This document shows positions 1 through 9,567 of a stretch of 64,000 nt of DNA, in pieces. Every line of letters begins with the position of its first letter. Positions within the stretch are counted from its first letter, which is position 1. The DNA is taken from the NCBI GenBank assembly GCA_963665095.1, contig OY762069.1:5504001-5568000 (forward strand), in the 5' to 3' direction. The DNA is from an uncultured Desulfobacter sp. (GTDB taxonomy: Bacteria > Desulfobacterota > Desulfobacteria > Desulfobacterales > Desulfobacteraceae). The translations under genes and the position numbers were made by a program. The notes beneath the pieces were generated by a model. It made no database searches. It saw only the letters and a program-made list of their open reading frames with translations, and had not been told where the DNA came from.

Positions 1-108
1 GGGCACCGGACTGACCTGGATACGATCGTCTTCGGTCAGGGTGGAAACCACAGACGATTTCCCTTCATTGGGATGGCCCAGTACGGCAAATTCAGGCAGT
101 CCGCTCAT
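1..108 (-). CDS. P-loop GTPase (GTPase/DUF3482-like), N-terminal part; runs off the window
   Basis: Manual translation MSGLPEFAVLGHPNEGKSSVVSTLTEDDRIQVSPVP contains a G1 motif (GxxxxGKS). The ATG at 108 overlaps the upstream stop (ATGA). Confidence 0.75.
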   Translation of the reverse strand, partial: MSGLPEFAVLGHPNEGKSSVVSTLTEDDRIQVSPVP

Positions 109-1877
109 GGGGACACCCACCTTTCAATGATCATTTTTGGATCGTTGAGCTGACTCACAGCTGTTTTCCACACCTGAAAATTTACATCCGCGGTTTCCAC
201 ATCCATGTCGCCCTGGTCCAGGGTTTGAACCATGACGATCCACAAGGGGGCGTGGGGAAAAATATGCTCTCGAATCTGGACAAAATAGTAGAGCAGGCCG
301 CGAATGGGCGGCTGCCAGACCTCCTGGAGCAGGACCACAGGCCCTTTGCCATGATCCCCGGAAAGGAAGAGAAGTGTTTCCCTGTCTGCCTCAAAATCAA
401 ATTGAATGCCGGCAGTTGACGCCACGTTGACACCGAACTGTCGCTCTATGGCATCCTGAATTTTTTGCATGTTATTGCCCTGAAAGCCCCTGTCTGATCC
501 AAGGACCAAGGCGCCAGTTCTGTGAGTTTCAGTCTGGCTGACAGGTTGGGGAGCATTTGCATTTTCGCAATTTTCCCTGCTGTTTGTATTTTCACAGGCT
601 TCAGAAGGGCAGGGGGGCTCAGTGATTGCACCAGGGAAGTCTGACTGCACATCTGAGGGTTCAGGTTCATCCCCGCAGCCGGCTGAGCCTTTATCCGGCT
701 GAGGCATAATCACCTTCTGCCCTGTATCTTCTTCAACAGGCATGGTGACAGGCCGGGGCAAAGGCCCTCTGAACGTGGCCCGGGTACCGCCGGTTTCCAT
801 GATATCCGTACCCATACTGGGGGTACGCATCCTCATGATTAAACGCTGGTATCCCGGCATGGACAGATCAAACCGGGCCAGGGTGATATTTCGTGCAGCA
901 TGGGCCAGGCCCACCAGGATGATTCGCGGCATGAGCGCATACACCAGCATGCCCATGCATAAAAACGGCCACCAGGCTGCCAGGTGTTCGCTGGCCAGGC
1001 CGGCAATGCCCTCCTTGAGGATAATCCGGCTGCCCTCAATCTGTTCCAGGCCGGGCACGGCAAACCCATCCGGCATAACCCAGGACCAGGGCAGGGCCAT
1101 CCAGGAGACCAGATGATGAACAGTGTCGCCTGAGGAGATCAGGGTGGACTGCCATCCAAAGGCCAGGTCCGTCACCATGATCCTGAAAAACGTTCCTGCG
1201 AAAGCCCCGACAGAAAAGCCCAGCGCCCCCAGGGAGAGTGCAATGAAAACCGGCCAGAACAACATACGCCGAAAGGGCCTGGTATCCAGATGCAGCAGCC
1301 GGTTTGCATCCTCGGGCAATTCCGGGAGATGTGATTTAACCGGCGCTGCCCATTTTCGGACCCGGTCCGCAAATTTATTAAGAAATATCCCAAGAAACAG
1401 GCGGTGAAGCACGCCGCTCCAGCTGCCCCCGGCCGCCCCTGACCTGAACTGGGCCAGGCCCAGCAATCCCGCAGACAGACAAAGCAGGGCCGGAAAAAGA
1501 ATAAACACAGCAATGAACAGGGTCACATTCACCGGCCGGCTGCCATGGTACGCCAGAAACGTATAGGCCCCCATCCCCCCGGCGGCAAGACCACAGGCAG
1601 ACACCCCCCGGGCCGTCCAGGTGTAGAAAGTGTCGAACAGGGCTCCTGGCAGCCTGGCACCGGGTCCGCCATTACCGGTCTCGTGGAAAAACAGCAGTCG
1701 TCGGTACTCCAGCCATCCGGCAATAAGGCCTGCGTCATCCAGCTTATCTCTGTTTGCAAGCTGGCGATAGATATCTCTGTCCCTGGCGGAAATGGCGGCA
1801 TTATCACCACTGTCCGGCCCCTCATCCATGCCAAGGAGAAAATCAAGGTCAATAATATCTTTCAAAGGCAGCATCAT
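105..1877 (-). CDS. DUF2868-like multi-pass membrane protein
   Basis: 590 aa with several TM segments, 'FGWQSTL' and 'WWPFL...YALMPR' motifs, a Pro-rich linker and C-terminal 'WQPP'. Coupled to the downstream GTPase, a typical DUF2868/DUF3482 pairing. Confidence 0.65.
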   Translation of the reverse strand: MMLPLKDIIDLDFLLGMDEGPDSGDNAAISARDRDIYRQLANRDKLDDAGLIAGWLEYRRLLFFHETGNGGPGARLPGALFDTFYTWTARGVSACGLAAGGMGAYTFLAYHGSRPVNVTLFIAVFILFPALLCLSAGLLGLAQFRSGAAGGSWSGVLHRLFLGIFLNKFADRVRKWAAPVKSHLPELPEDANRLLHLDTRPFRRMLFWPVFIALSLGALGFSVGAFAGTFFRIMVTDLAFGWQSTLISSGDTVHHLVSWMALPWSWVMPDGFAVPGLEQIEGSRIILKEGIAGLASEHLAAWWPFLCMGMLVYALMPRIILVGLAHAARNITLARFDLSMPGYQRLIMRMRTPSMGTDIMETGGTRATFRGPLPRPVTMPVEEDTGQKVIMPQPDKGSAGCGDEPEPSDVQSDFPGAITEPPCPSEACENTNSRENCENANAPQPVSQTETHRTGALVLGSDRGFQGNNMQKIQDAIERQFGVNVASTAGIQFDFEADRETLLFLSGDHGKGPVVLLQEVWQPPIRGLLYYFVQIREHIFPHAPLWIVMVQTLDQGDMDVETADVNFQVWKTAVSQLNDPKMIIERWVSP

Positions 1878-1967
1878 GACCGTTTTTTAACAGATCATTG
1901 CACTTTTCTCAATCCGGTTTCTTTCAGGACGTAGAACCGTCACCATCTGAAATAAATTTTAAGTGTT

Positions 1968-3206
1968 TTAAAGCAGGGAAATTACGTCTTCCACAGTGGA
2001 AGTCTCATCAATCACATAACCACCCGAAGCGTGATCTGCAGCAGACGGCATGCCATGGTCCGATGGCGCTTTCATGGCAGATTCCCCTGGCATGGAAGTA
2101 TGTTGAGCGTATTTTGGAATAAAAGAACCATGGGACTGGGGTAATAAGAGAGGAGAACGATAGGTGCGGATTTCCGACATCTCCTCTGACGGCCTGAAGC
2201 TGATAGACGGAGGGGTCATTTTCTTTTTGAACCTGATAAATTCAGACTCATATTTTTCCATGGTATACAGACCATCCTTACGCCCGGTCTGCAGGATACT
2301 TTCAATATGGGAAAACCGGTTGTCCCGAATGACTCCTTTTACCGCGTTGATCCCCCGCAGCACCGACAGCACCGGCACCCTGAATCCAAATTCTTTTATG
2401 TAATCAAGCCGCTGGACCAGGAGGAGGGAAAGTACGGAGGATAGCTGGACCCGTACCATCTCCTGGGCATCCGGGGGAAAGGAGTTGCAGAGCCGGTACA
2501 GGGCATCTTCGGAATTGGAGGCATGGATGGAGGCAATGACCAGATGTCCGGACTCCACGGCATTCAGGGTCAGGCGAATGGTCTCAGGCTCCCGCAGCTC
2601 GCCCACCATGATCACATCCGGGTCCTCCCTGAGCACATCTAAAAGGCCCTGCTCATAACTCATGGTATGCAGCCCCAGCTCCCGCTGCTGGATAAAGGAA
2701 CTCTCGGATTTGAACCGGTATTCAATGGGGTCTTCCAGGGTCACAATGTGCCGGCTCTGGTTCCGGCAGATCTCCCCTAGGAAAGCGGCAATGGTGGAGG
2801 ACTTCCCGGAACCCGTGGCCCCGCACACCAGGATCAGCCCTGTGCGCTGGGAAGCATACTCTCTTAATTCAGGCAGCAGGTTCAAATCATCAAAACTGGG
2901 GATTTTACCCGGCAGAAGCCGGACAGCCAGACTTAAGCCCCGTGAGGCGTTGAATACATTGACCCTTACCCGGACATGGTTGATGGTCCGGGCCAGATCC
3001 ACGGAGAGCCTGGACTTAAGCATCTCCATCTCATTGGGCCGCAGCATCGCCCTGACCAGGGAATCAATTTGTTCACAGGTATACCATTCGCCGGTGTAAA
3101 TAATTTTTCCGTTTTTCCGACACACCACCTTGTGATCCCCGGAGATGTGAATATCAGAAAAGGATTCCTGAACCCCTTTTTGGATCAGATTATGAAACCG
3201 CTGCAT
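1968..3206 (-). CDS. pilT: PilT/PilU-family type IV pilus retraction ATPase with C-terminal extension
   Basis: SDIHI, Walker A GATGSGKS, TLEDPIEY, LREDPDVIMVGELR, His box GHLVIASIH. Confidence 0.88.
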   Translation of the reverse strand: MQRFHNLIQKGVQESFSDIHISGDHKVVCRKNGKIIYTGEWYTCEQIDSLVRAMLRPNEMEMLKSRLSVDLARTINHVRVRVNVFNASRGLSLAVRLLPGKIPSFDDLNLLPELREYASQRTGLILVCGATGSGKSSTIAAFLGEICRNQSRHIVTLEDPIEYRFKSESSFIQQRELGLHTMSYEQGLLDVLREDPDVIMVGELREPETIRLTLNAVESGHLVIASIHASNSEDALYRLCNSFPPDAQEMVRVQLSSVLSLLLVQRLDYIKEFGFRVPVLSVLRGINAVKGVIRDNRFSHIESILQTGRKDGLYTMEKYESEFIRFKKKMTPPSISFRPSEEMSEIRTYRSPLLLPQSHGSFIPKYAQHTSMPGESAMKAPSDHGMPSAADHASGGYVIDETSTVEDVISLL

Positions 3207-3495
3207 GAATTTCCTTTAAAAAATCAAACAAATATAATGCACTAAAGAGTTAAACGATTAGTATCTGATAGTCATAGTTTTTCCATGCTGTCAACGCATA
3301 AAACCTGATTTAAGTTTCAGGCAGGCTGAATCGGGCCCGACTACAGGTGGCATTTAAGCCTTTCTGGTAAAAATTTGATCCAGTACTCCATATTATGATG
3401 AATATTATTCCACATTTTCTTACTTTTTTTACATAATTATTGAAACATGAATACAATATAGAGTGTTTTATTACCGGTTTTGTGCTATTTATGGA

Positions 3496-3513
3496 TTGGC
3501 ATATATTTTGAAT
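3496..3513 (+). promoter_or_regulatory. Possible sigma-54 promoter of the PEP-CTERM gene
   Basis: TTGGCATATATTTTGAAT is GG-N10-GA, one mismatch to the GG-N10-GC consensus, about 110 nt upstream of the start in an AT-rich leader. Confidence 0.35.
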
Positions 3514-3623
3514 AGATAAATTGGTTAAATACTGATTAATTGATTTTCATGGTTTGGGTAAGGCAGTCTGAAAGACTTTTTTGATCTGCTGACAGTTTAA
3601 AAATTTAATTTAAGAGGGAATTC

Positions 3624-4166
3624 ATGAAAAAATTAGGAATTAGCATTTTTTTAGCACTCTTTGTATTGTTATCGTTTGGTATGGCTGGTGCATCAACTCT
3701 AACATTTGATGGTTTGTCAAATGGCTCTTTTTCCAGCTATGGCGGCTTTACATGGGCTAACGCCACGGCTTTAGATGATACGCTTTCCATCAGCCTTGAT
3801 AATACGAATGAGAACAGTGTCACATCTATGAGTTATACCAGCCTGTTTAATGTGACAAGCGCGGACTTTTTATTTTCCGGTACAGGCAGTTTATATGTTA
3901 TTGTTACTGACCAAGATTTTAATATTATAGCATCGATTAATCTATCCGCAGATGTGGCAGCGCCAGATGTTGTTCTTTCAGGCTCTAACATTACCGGACT
4001 TTATTTCGGGGTAGATAAAGGTAATGCGACCATAACAAACATAACAATTGATAACATAGACTATACACTTAATGGCGATACAGTTCCGGAGCCGGCCACA
4101 ATGATCCTTTTTGGCTTGGGTATGCTGGGTATTGCAGGAACTGCCAGAAAAAAAATGTCCGCCTGA
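3624..4166 (+). CDS. PEP-CTERM sorting-domain surface protein
   Basis: N-terminal signal peptide, Ser/Thr/Asn-rich body, C-terminal VPEP-ATMILFGLGMLGIAG-TARKK (PEP motif, TM helix, basic tail). RBS GAGGG. Confidence 0.92.
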   Translation: MKKLGISIFLALFVLLSFGMAGASTLTFDGLSNGSFSSYGGFTWANATALDDTLSISLDNTNENSVTSMSYTSLFNVTSADFLFSGTGSLYVIVTDQDFNIIASINLSADVAAPDVVLSGSNITGLYFGVDKGNATITNITIDNIDYTLNGDTVPEPATMILFGLGMLGIAGTARKKMSA

Positions 4167-4205
4167 TTTTAAATTTAAAGAAACAGGCTGCTCAGAAAAG
4201 CCGAG

Positions 4206-4248
4206 AAGGCAGATAGGAAACCGGTAATGTTTCCTATCTGCCTTTTTG
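4206..4248. terminator. Intrinsic terminator between convergent genes
   Basis: Perfect 16-bp stem AAGGCAGATAGGAAAC/GTTTCCTATCTGCCTT followed by a T run on the + strand. Confidence 0.8.
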
Positions 4249-4293
4249 CATTTAAAATTCCTGCCGAAAAAAAATCAGTTTCTCCCTGAGGGC

Positions 4294-4554
4294 TTATGGG
4301 GATTCAGGCTTTTTTAAATCACCCAGCAGCTTAAATTTTTCTCCCTTGGGAGCCTGTCCTGTGCTCTTTACCGAGGACGATTTCTGAACATTCCCAGTCA
4401 CACTTTGGCTCTGTTCGGTTTTCTTTTTAGAAATATACCTGACAACTTTCCCTTTGTCATTGTAGTAAACATAGGTCCCGGCAAAGGCTGTGCCACAGAG
4501 AAAAGCAAAAAGAAGTCCGGCTGCTCCAGCTGTTTTCCAATATTTTGTGTCCAT
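4294..4554 (-). CDS. Small exported hypothetical protein
   Basis: Likely start MDTKYW at 4554 downstream of AGGAG. Signal peptide ending AFA|G, followed by a YVYYNDKGK strand motif and a basic low-complexity tail. Confidence 0.6.
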   Translation of the reverse strand: MDTKYWKTAGAAGLLFAFLCGTAFAGTYVYYNDKGKVVRYISKKKTEQSQSVTGNVQKSSSVKSTGQAPKGEKFKLLGDLKKPESP

Positions 4555-4567
4555 TCCATATCTCCTT

Positions 4568-7500
4568 TTATTGCAGGCCGCCAAAGCTGCTTTCCGTATC
4601 CACACCATCAGCATCAACGCCCAGGCTCACGGCAAAATCCGTAAAACTGACCAGAGTCTGGGAACCGTATTCACCGATGTTGCCAAACACGTGAACTGCA
4701 ATCTCACTTCGTTCTTCCTGGGTTCCGAATTCTGTGCCGCTGGGAGAGGTGAACCGGCCTGCTCTCATGGTGTACCCGTTGCTCTGGAGCACGATATCCG
4801 CGGCAGGGTTCACTATCCAGTATTTCATTGCTGTGGTGGCTGCTTCCGGCGCTTCGGCCACAGAAACGTTATCCACCAGGGTAAATCTGTCAATATCATT
4901 GCAACTGCTTCCTGAGCAGCCTGTCCATGTATCAACATCAAATACCGGCCAGATCACATCGTCGGTTGAGATGGGGGTGCCGCCGTGGGCATGGCCCTGG
5001 CCCTGGCCTACAATACTCGTGGAGTTAAGCCTGTACCGGATTGTATTATTATACAGGTTGTCACTTGTTTCGTCTGCTGTAGATGGATTGGCATAATAGA
5101 CATTGATATCATTGACTTTCCGGCCTTCAACTGTTTTTTCATGAACCCTGACCATCAGGGTTGACAGGTCCACAGGCCCCCCGTTTCCGTTTTTAACCAT
5201 ATCTGAATCTGTTGAAATATCTTTATATGCGATCCATCGGCGTTTTTCCGCACCATCCTGAACATATTGCTCCCACAGGACAATCAAAAGCCTGTCATTC
5301 TGTTCCTTGGTGCCGTTAAAATAGGGTTTCATGGAATCCGGAATCATATCGTTTGTATCATTGTCACTGGAGTCAAATTTGAGGAATGAAATCCCATACC
5401 CCGCATACTTTGACTCATTTGACTCTGTGACAGTTTCCCGGTGCCACCTGAAACAGATGCCCGAGGCTGCATAGGCCAGTTCATCGCCCCAGACATGTTT
5501 GACCTGAATGGTGTAACTTAAATAGTGCGGGGTGGAATCCGCTGGCGTAGCCGCCCATTTGGCTGAGATCTCAGCATTTTTATCCAGGGGCAGAATATAC
5601 TCCCCGATCTGGTTGGTTGGAAACCCTAAAAATACAATGGTTCCTTCGTCTCCCACTGCGTATATACCGGTCTGGTCGCTCCCCCAGATGTTATTCAAAT
5701 CTGGAGGGCCGTTCTGGTAGTCGGCAAATTCATCGTCGGCATAGGAGACCAGTTTAAATCCGTCCCCTTTGTTATAGAGAATAGTCGCATTATCCCCGAC
5801 AACATAAAAATCCGTTGCGCTGTTCCCGTATACCCCGTTCAGATTTTCGGTGGTGGGTATATCACCCGGATTCACCTGATTCCATCTATGAGTCCAGTTA
5901 CTATTGTAGCTGTTATAAGTATTGTGATAAATTTTTGCGTCATCTCCCACCGCATAAATATCACCCCATCCGCTGCCCCAGACGCCCCTTAATTTACAAC
6001 CTGATATAACAGCGTAGTTGTAAAATTCATGCAGGATCAACCCGTCACCTGCTTCAAATTCTGGACGCCAGCCTCTGTCTGATTCGGAGAACTCTCCTAC
6101 AATGACATTGTGGTAATCCGTCCCTTGGGAAGTGGTACTGAGATCTTTAGCCCACAAACACCTGAAATTAACTTTTTCATCAAAATCATCAAAATATAGA
6201 GAGCTAATATATAATTCAGAGGCATCGCGATTGTCCCAGTTGAATGGGTTGGTGCCCCCTTGTCCATATCCGTCAAAATGATTTGATGAGGCACCGTCCA
6301 TTCCCCGCCAGGCAGTGCCATTTGCCGCGTAAATATCATATTGTTTCCAGCGGTTAAAGTTCCGGCTGCTTTGATACCAACGCCTTATATAGCTGGCAGC
6401 CCGCCACCCGTTTCCTTCATTGATCAGGCCTATGCCGTCATCCCCTCCTACAAAAATGTGATCCAACTCGGTGGTATCGGCATCCCGTTCAGACGGCAGT
6501 CCCCATATGGCGTTCAGGTTCTTGCCTTGACTGACTGTGCCAACGTCCACAAGGGTAAAATCCGTACCGTTATAATAAATAATGGTGCCGTCATCCCCCA
6601 CAAAATAGATATTATCCGAGGCATTCCCCCATAACCCGTTGAGGTTTTTTCCCCGAACAGATGCCGGCAACCTGTCCTTTTCTATAATTTCCATAGTATA
6701 GCCGGCATCCTGGTCCTCGGAAGAAAAATTCTGGAAGGTAAGAAAATTATCAGAGGTCACTTCTGTCCCGGAAATTTCCACTGTCACTTCCTGGGTGGTG
6801 GTGGTAATCAAATCTTCCTCATCCGTTCGTGGACTGGTACTCTCAAACTCCCAGTTATCCAGCTTTGTATGGCCCTCATCAGAAAAAGTTTCAGCTGTGT
6901 TATTTCCCTGGCCAAGGTCAAGGTCTGAAGATTCATCCGGTGCCACAAATTCTTCATCTGTCAGGTATACGCTGATATCCAGATCCCGGCTTGACTGCAG
7001 GCTGCCGGTGCCTGTGGTGCCTACGGATTCTATCCGGGCCTGCTTTTTAATAACGATCCTGGAATTCGTATCCAGGGAGAGGGGCAATGCTCCGTCTTCA
7101 ACGGCCTGAATGCCTGAGAGCAGGACCCCGCTTTCCGTGTTTTCCTTTCTGCGATAGCTGTAGGTGCCGGAAAAGGAACCTTCATCCAGGTACAGGTCAA
7201 TCAGACCGTTGCGAACAGGCAGCAGGTTGCTCAGGGTGGTATCTGAAAACACAATAAAACTGCCGCCCTCGGATACGGAAATAGATGAGGCGGGTGCAAA
7301 TGCCAGATAAACGCCTGTATTTCTGTCAACACTGACAGCTTCACTGGTGGTCAGGGAAATGGAGAACTGGTCGGATTCATCATCTGTGGCACCAGGGGTT
7401 GCCGTGCCTGAGCTATATTCATAAAACTTATCGGCAATATTGACCATTGGGTCGACGTCGGCTGATGCCTCAAAAGCCGCCAGGGCACTTTGAAAACCGT

Positions 7501-7876
7501 CGGGAAACTTGCCGGGCACCCGCATGTTCAGGGTGGTAAACGCCCCTGTCGCATTGGTGATGAAAAAGAAAGGAAACACTTTGAGCTTGAAACTGCCGTT
7601 ATTATTTAAAAGCGTGACCTCTTCCTCATTCAGCGCTTCAAGGCGTGCCAGTTTGTCAGCCAGGTCGCCGGCGCCGGCATACTCGCCGCCGGCATATCTG
7701 AACCCTGCCTCTGCCAGGTTTGTGGCCCGCAGTTCAATGTTGTTTTCCGCGGTCTGGATGGAGGATGAACTGTTCATCAGGGCTACCCCGACCCCTAAGG
7801 AGAGGATCACCATCATCACCAGGATGGTGATCAGGATTGACCCGGTGTCATCCATTTTTTTTATAATTGTCTTCAT
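4568..7876 (-). CDS. PilX/MshP-like minor pilin fused to a beta-propeller (putative pilus-tip adhesin)
   Basis: Class III-like signal DDTG|SILITILVMMVIL lacking Glu5 (PilX/GspK-type), 'AEAGFRYAG', and at least 5 repeats of L-x-x-[LIV]-[WY]-G...[IF]Y-x-VGD-x-[GA]-x-I. Confidence 0.7.
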   Translation of the reverse strand: MKTIIKKMDDTGSILITILVMMVILSLGVGVALMNSSSSIQTAENNIELRATNLAEAGFRYAGGEYAGAGDLADKLARLEALNEEEVTLLNNNGSFKLKVFPFFFITNATGAFTTLNMRVPGKFPDGFQSALAAFEASADVDPMVNIADKFYEYSSGTATPGATDDESDQFSISLTTSEAVSVDRNTGVYLAFAPASSISVSEGGSFIVFSDTTLSNLLPVRNGLIDLYLDEGSFSGTYSYRRKENTESGVLLSGIQAVEDGALPLSLDTNSRIVIKKQARIESVGTTGTGSLQSSRDLDISVYLTDEEFVAPDESSDLDLGQGNNTAETFSDEGHTKLDNWEFESTSPRTDEEDLITTTTQEVTVEISGTEVTSDNFLTFQNFSSEDQDAGYTMEIIEKDRLPASVRGKNLNGLWGNASDNIYFVGDDGTIIYYNGTDFTLVDVGTVSQGKNLNAIWGLPSERDADTTELDHIFVGGDDGIGLINEGNGWRAASYIRRWYQSSRNFNRWKQYDIYAANGTAWRGMDGASSNHFDGYGQGGTNPFNWDNRDASELYISSLYFDDFDEKVNFRCLWAKDLSTTSQGTDYHNVIVGEFSESDRGWRPEFEAGDGLILHEFYNYAVISGCKLRGVWGSGWGDIYAVGDDAKIYHNTYNSYNSNWTHRWNQVNPGDIPTTENLNGVYGNSATDFYVVGDNATILYNKGDGFKLVSYADDEFADYQNGPPDLNNIWGSDQTGIYAVGDEGTIVFLGFPTNQIGEYILPLDKNAEISAKWAATPADSTPHYLSYTIQVKHVWGDELAYAASGICFRWHRETVTESNESKYAGYGISFLKFDSSDNDTNDMIPDSMKPYFNGTKEQNDRLLIVLWEQYVQDGAEKRRWIAYKDISTDSDMVKNGNGGPVDLSTLMVRVHEKTVEGRKVNDINVYYANPSTADETSDNLYNNTIRYRLNSTSIVGQGQGHAHGGTPISTDDVIWPVFDVDTWTGCSGSSCNDIDRFTLVDNVSVAEAPEAATTAMKYWIVNPAADIVLQSNGYTMRAGRFTSPSGTEFGTQEERSEIAVHVFGNIGEYGSQTLVSFTDFAVSLGVDADGVDTESSFGGLQ

Positions 7877-7896
7877 ATCTGCTGCCTTTTAAATAA

Positions 7897-8442
7897 TTAT
7901 GTTGTAGCGCTGTTTACGGTGTTGTTAAACAGCGGATTGATATCAATGGAAAATGTGCGGGAGGAATTATAGATATCCACGGTCAGGGTGATAACCACCC
8001 GTGACAGGCCGGTCAGGGAGTTGTCCGAAGGCAGGCTCCAGTTATTGCCGCTGCCGTCCAGAAACTGCAGGCTGAACGCGCTGATATTATCAATGAGAAT
8101 GGGGCCGTTGCCGCTTGCGGGCACTGCCGTTGAGCGGCTGAGCCTGACGTTTGTACCCTCCAGATAGACACAGAAATCCGTTCCGTCCCGGCTGTAGCGA
8201 AGCGTCCCTGTTGCGGCCTGGGACACCGTGTCCATTTTTTTTATCTCCCGGGCAAGTCTTTCAACGGCAAGACTGGTTTTCTGATATGCTTCGTTGGTGG
8301 CCCTGGCCATAAGAAAACTCTGGGCATTGTATACAAAATACATGGCCACGCCTATTCCCATAATGCTTAAAATAACGAGGGTGGCAATCATCTCAACCAG
8401 GCTGAATCCCTCTTCCCGGGATAATATGGCAACGGTTTTCAT
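7897..8442 (-). CDS. Minor type IV pilin (PilW/MshO-like)
   Basis: EEG|FSLVEMIATLVIL prepilin cleavage/methylation motif. Confidence 0.85.
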   Translation of the reverse strand: MKTVAILSREEGFSLVEMIATLVILSIMGIGVAMYFVYNAQSFLMARATNEAYQKTSLAVERLAREIKKMDTVSQAATGTLRYSRDGTDFCVYLEGTNVRLSRSTAVPASGNGPILIDNISAFSLQFLDGSGNNWSLPSDNSLTGLSRVVITLTVDIYNSSRTFSIDINPLFNNTVNSATT

Positions 8443-8447
8443 GGGTG

Positions 8448-8855
8448 TCAGTTTCCTAATAATGTGACCAGCCGACTGCTGTTTTTTACAGCTGTAATCC
8501 GGACATACCGGCTGCCGGCGGTGGTGCTTTCAAACACCTCTCTTTGGGCGTCCGGTGCAGAAAAGCTTGTGGCGGTGCCGCTTACCATGCCCGGCGTAAG
8601 GCCGCTCACCACATCTGAGAGGTCATCCACGGCGTAATCCGTGACACTGGTGTCCGGGTCATTCTCCAGCGCGTTTCTGTAATGGGCATTGACCATTTCA
8701 ATGGCCTGGAACACCGCATAATTATCGCTCAGTGTGTTCAGCGGATCCACGCTGCGCATCACCCCCAGTCCGTTTGTTGACAACATGGTGGCGGCAATGG
8801 CAATCATGACAATGCCGATAATTAACTCAATAAGGGTAAAGCCTTTTTCATTCAT
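8448..8855 (-). CDS. Minor type IV pilin (PilV/MshD-like)
   Basis: EKG|FTLIELIIGIVMI motif; start overlaps the upstream stop. Confidence 0.85.
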   Translation of the reverse strand: MNEKGFTLIELIIGIVMIAIAATMLSTNGLGVMRSVDPLNTLSDNYAVFQAIEMVNAHYRNALENDPDTSVTDYAVDDLSDVVSGLTPGMVSGTATSFSAPDAQREVFESTTAGSRYVRITAVKNSSRLVTLLGN

Positions 8856-9472
8856 GGTATAAAACCTGTTTCCCGGGTAACCGTGATGGTGCGTGATAAG
8901 TTGGAGTCGCCAGTGTCGGTCAGGGGGATGCTGATGTCTGAAGCAAGTCGGGTCAGATCAGTGCTGTCGGACAAGGTATCGGTAATTGAAATGCTTCCTG
9001 TACCGGTGTGCCAGAAAGGGGTGCCCATATCATCAAACAGGAGGGTGAGCTGTGTTGTGGTGCCGGCCCCGCCTGTGATGCTGTCAATGGCGACATCCAT
9101 AAGGCTTGTGCGGACTCTGTCTCCGTTATAATCGATCTCTCCGCCATTGACACCCCAGGGCTGAATCCGGCTTCCACCCCATGTCAGTGACTGTCCGGTA
9201 TCGGCCTGTACCAGCCAGTAGTCGTCATTGGCGACATCAATCTGAATACCCCAGACGCCGGCATCGGTGAACATGGCTTTTGACTGGGCATATCTGATAT
9301 GATTCTTTAAGGCAGCCTCAATGGTGAGTATATCTGAACTGTCCCTGGAAAACCTGGATACTGCAACGGCAAGCAAAATGCCCATGACCACAAAAACACA
9401 AATCAGTTCTATCAGCGTAAAGCCCGCGTTGTCGCTTGGTCGGGCAGTTGTTTTCTGGTCCTGAAAATTCAA
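8852..9472 (-). CDS. Minor type IV pilin (FimT/MshC-like)
   Basis: NAG|FTLIELICVFVVMGIL and 'IRYAQSKAM'. Probable TTG start at 9472 after AAGGAG (the ORF track extends to 9496). Confidence 0.85.
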   Translation of the reverse strand: MNFQDQKTTARPSDNAGFTLIELICVFVVMGILLAVAVSRFSRDSSDILTIEAALKNHIRYAQSKAMFTDAGVWGIQIDVANDDYWLVQADTGQSLTWGGSRIQPWGVNGGEIDYNGDRVRTSLMDVAIDSITGGAGTTTQLTLLFDDMGTPFWHTGTGSISITDTLSDSTDLTRLASDISIPLTDTGDSNLSRTITVTRETGFIP

Positions 9473-9510
9473 AGCGTACTCCTTAAAAAAAAACACTTCT
9501 TTATGGTATT

Positions 9511-9539
9511 GTTTTAATTAAAATTATGGTTTTTGTCAA
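9511..9539 (-). promoter_or_regulatory. Candidate sigma-70 promoter for the minor-pilin genes
   Basis: TTGACA-17 nt-TAAAAC on the minus strand, about 40 nt upstream of the first minor pilin. Confidence 0.4.
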
Positions 9540-9567
9540 TAAACCGTAAAGGGGGGCAGAGCCTGTG

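Noticed and set aside
4555..4617. N-terminal extension of the small exported protein
   Set aside because: It overlaps the giant pilin, and the RBS supports 4554.
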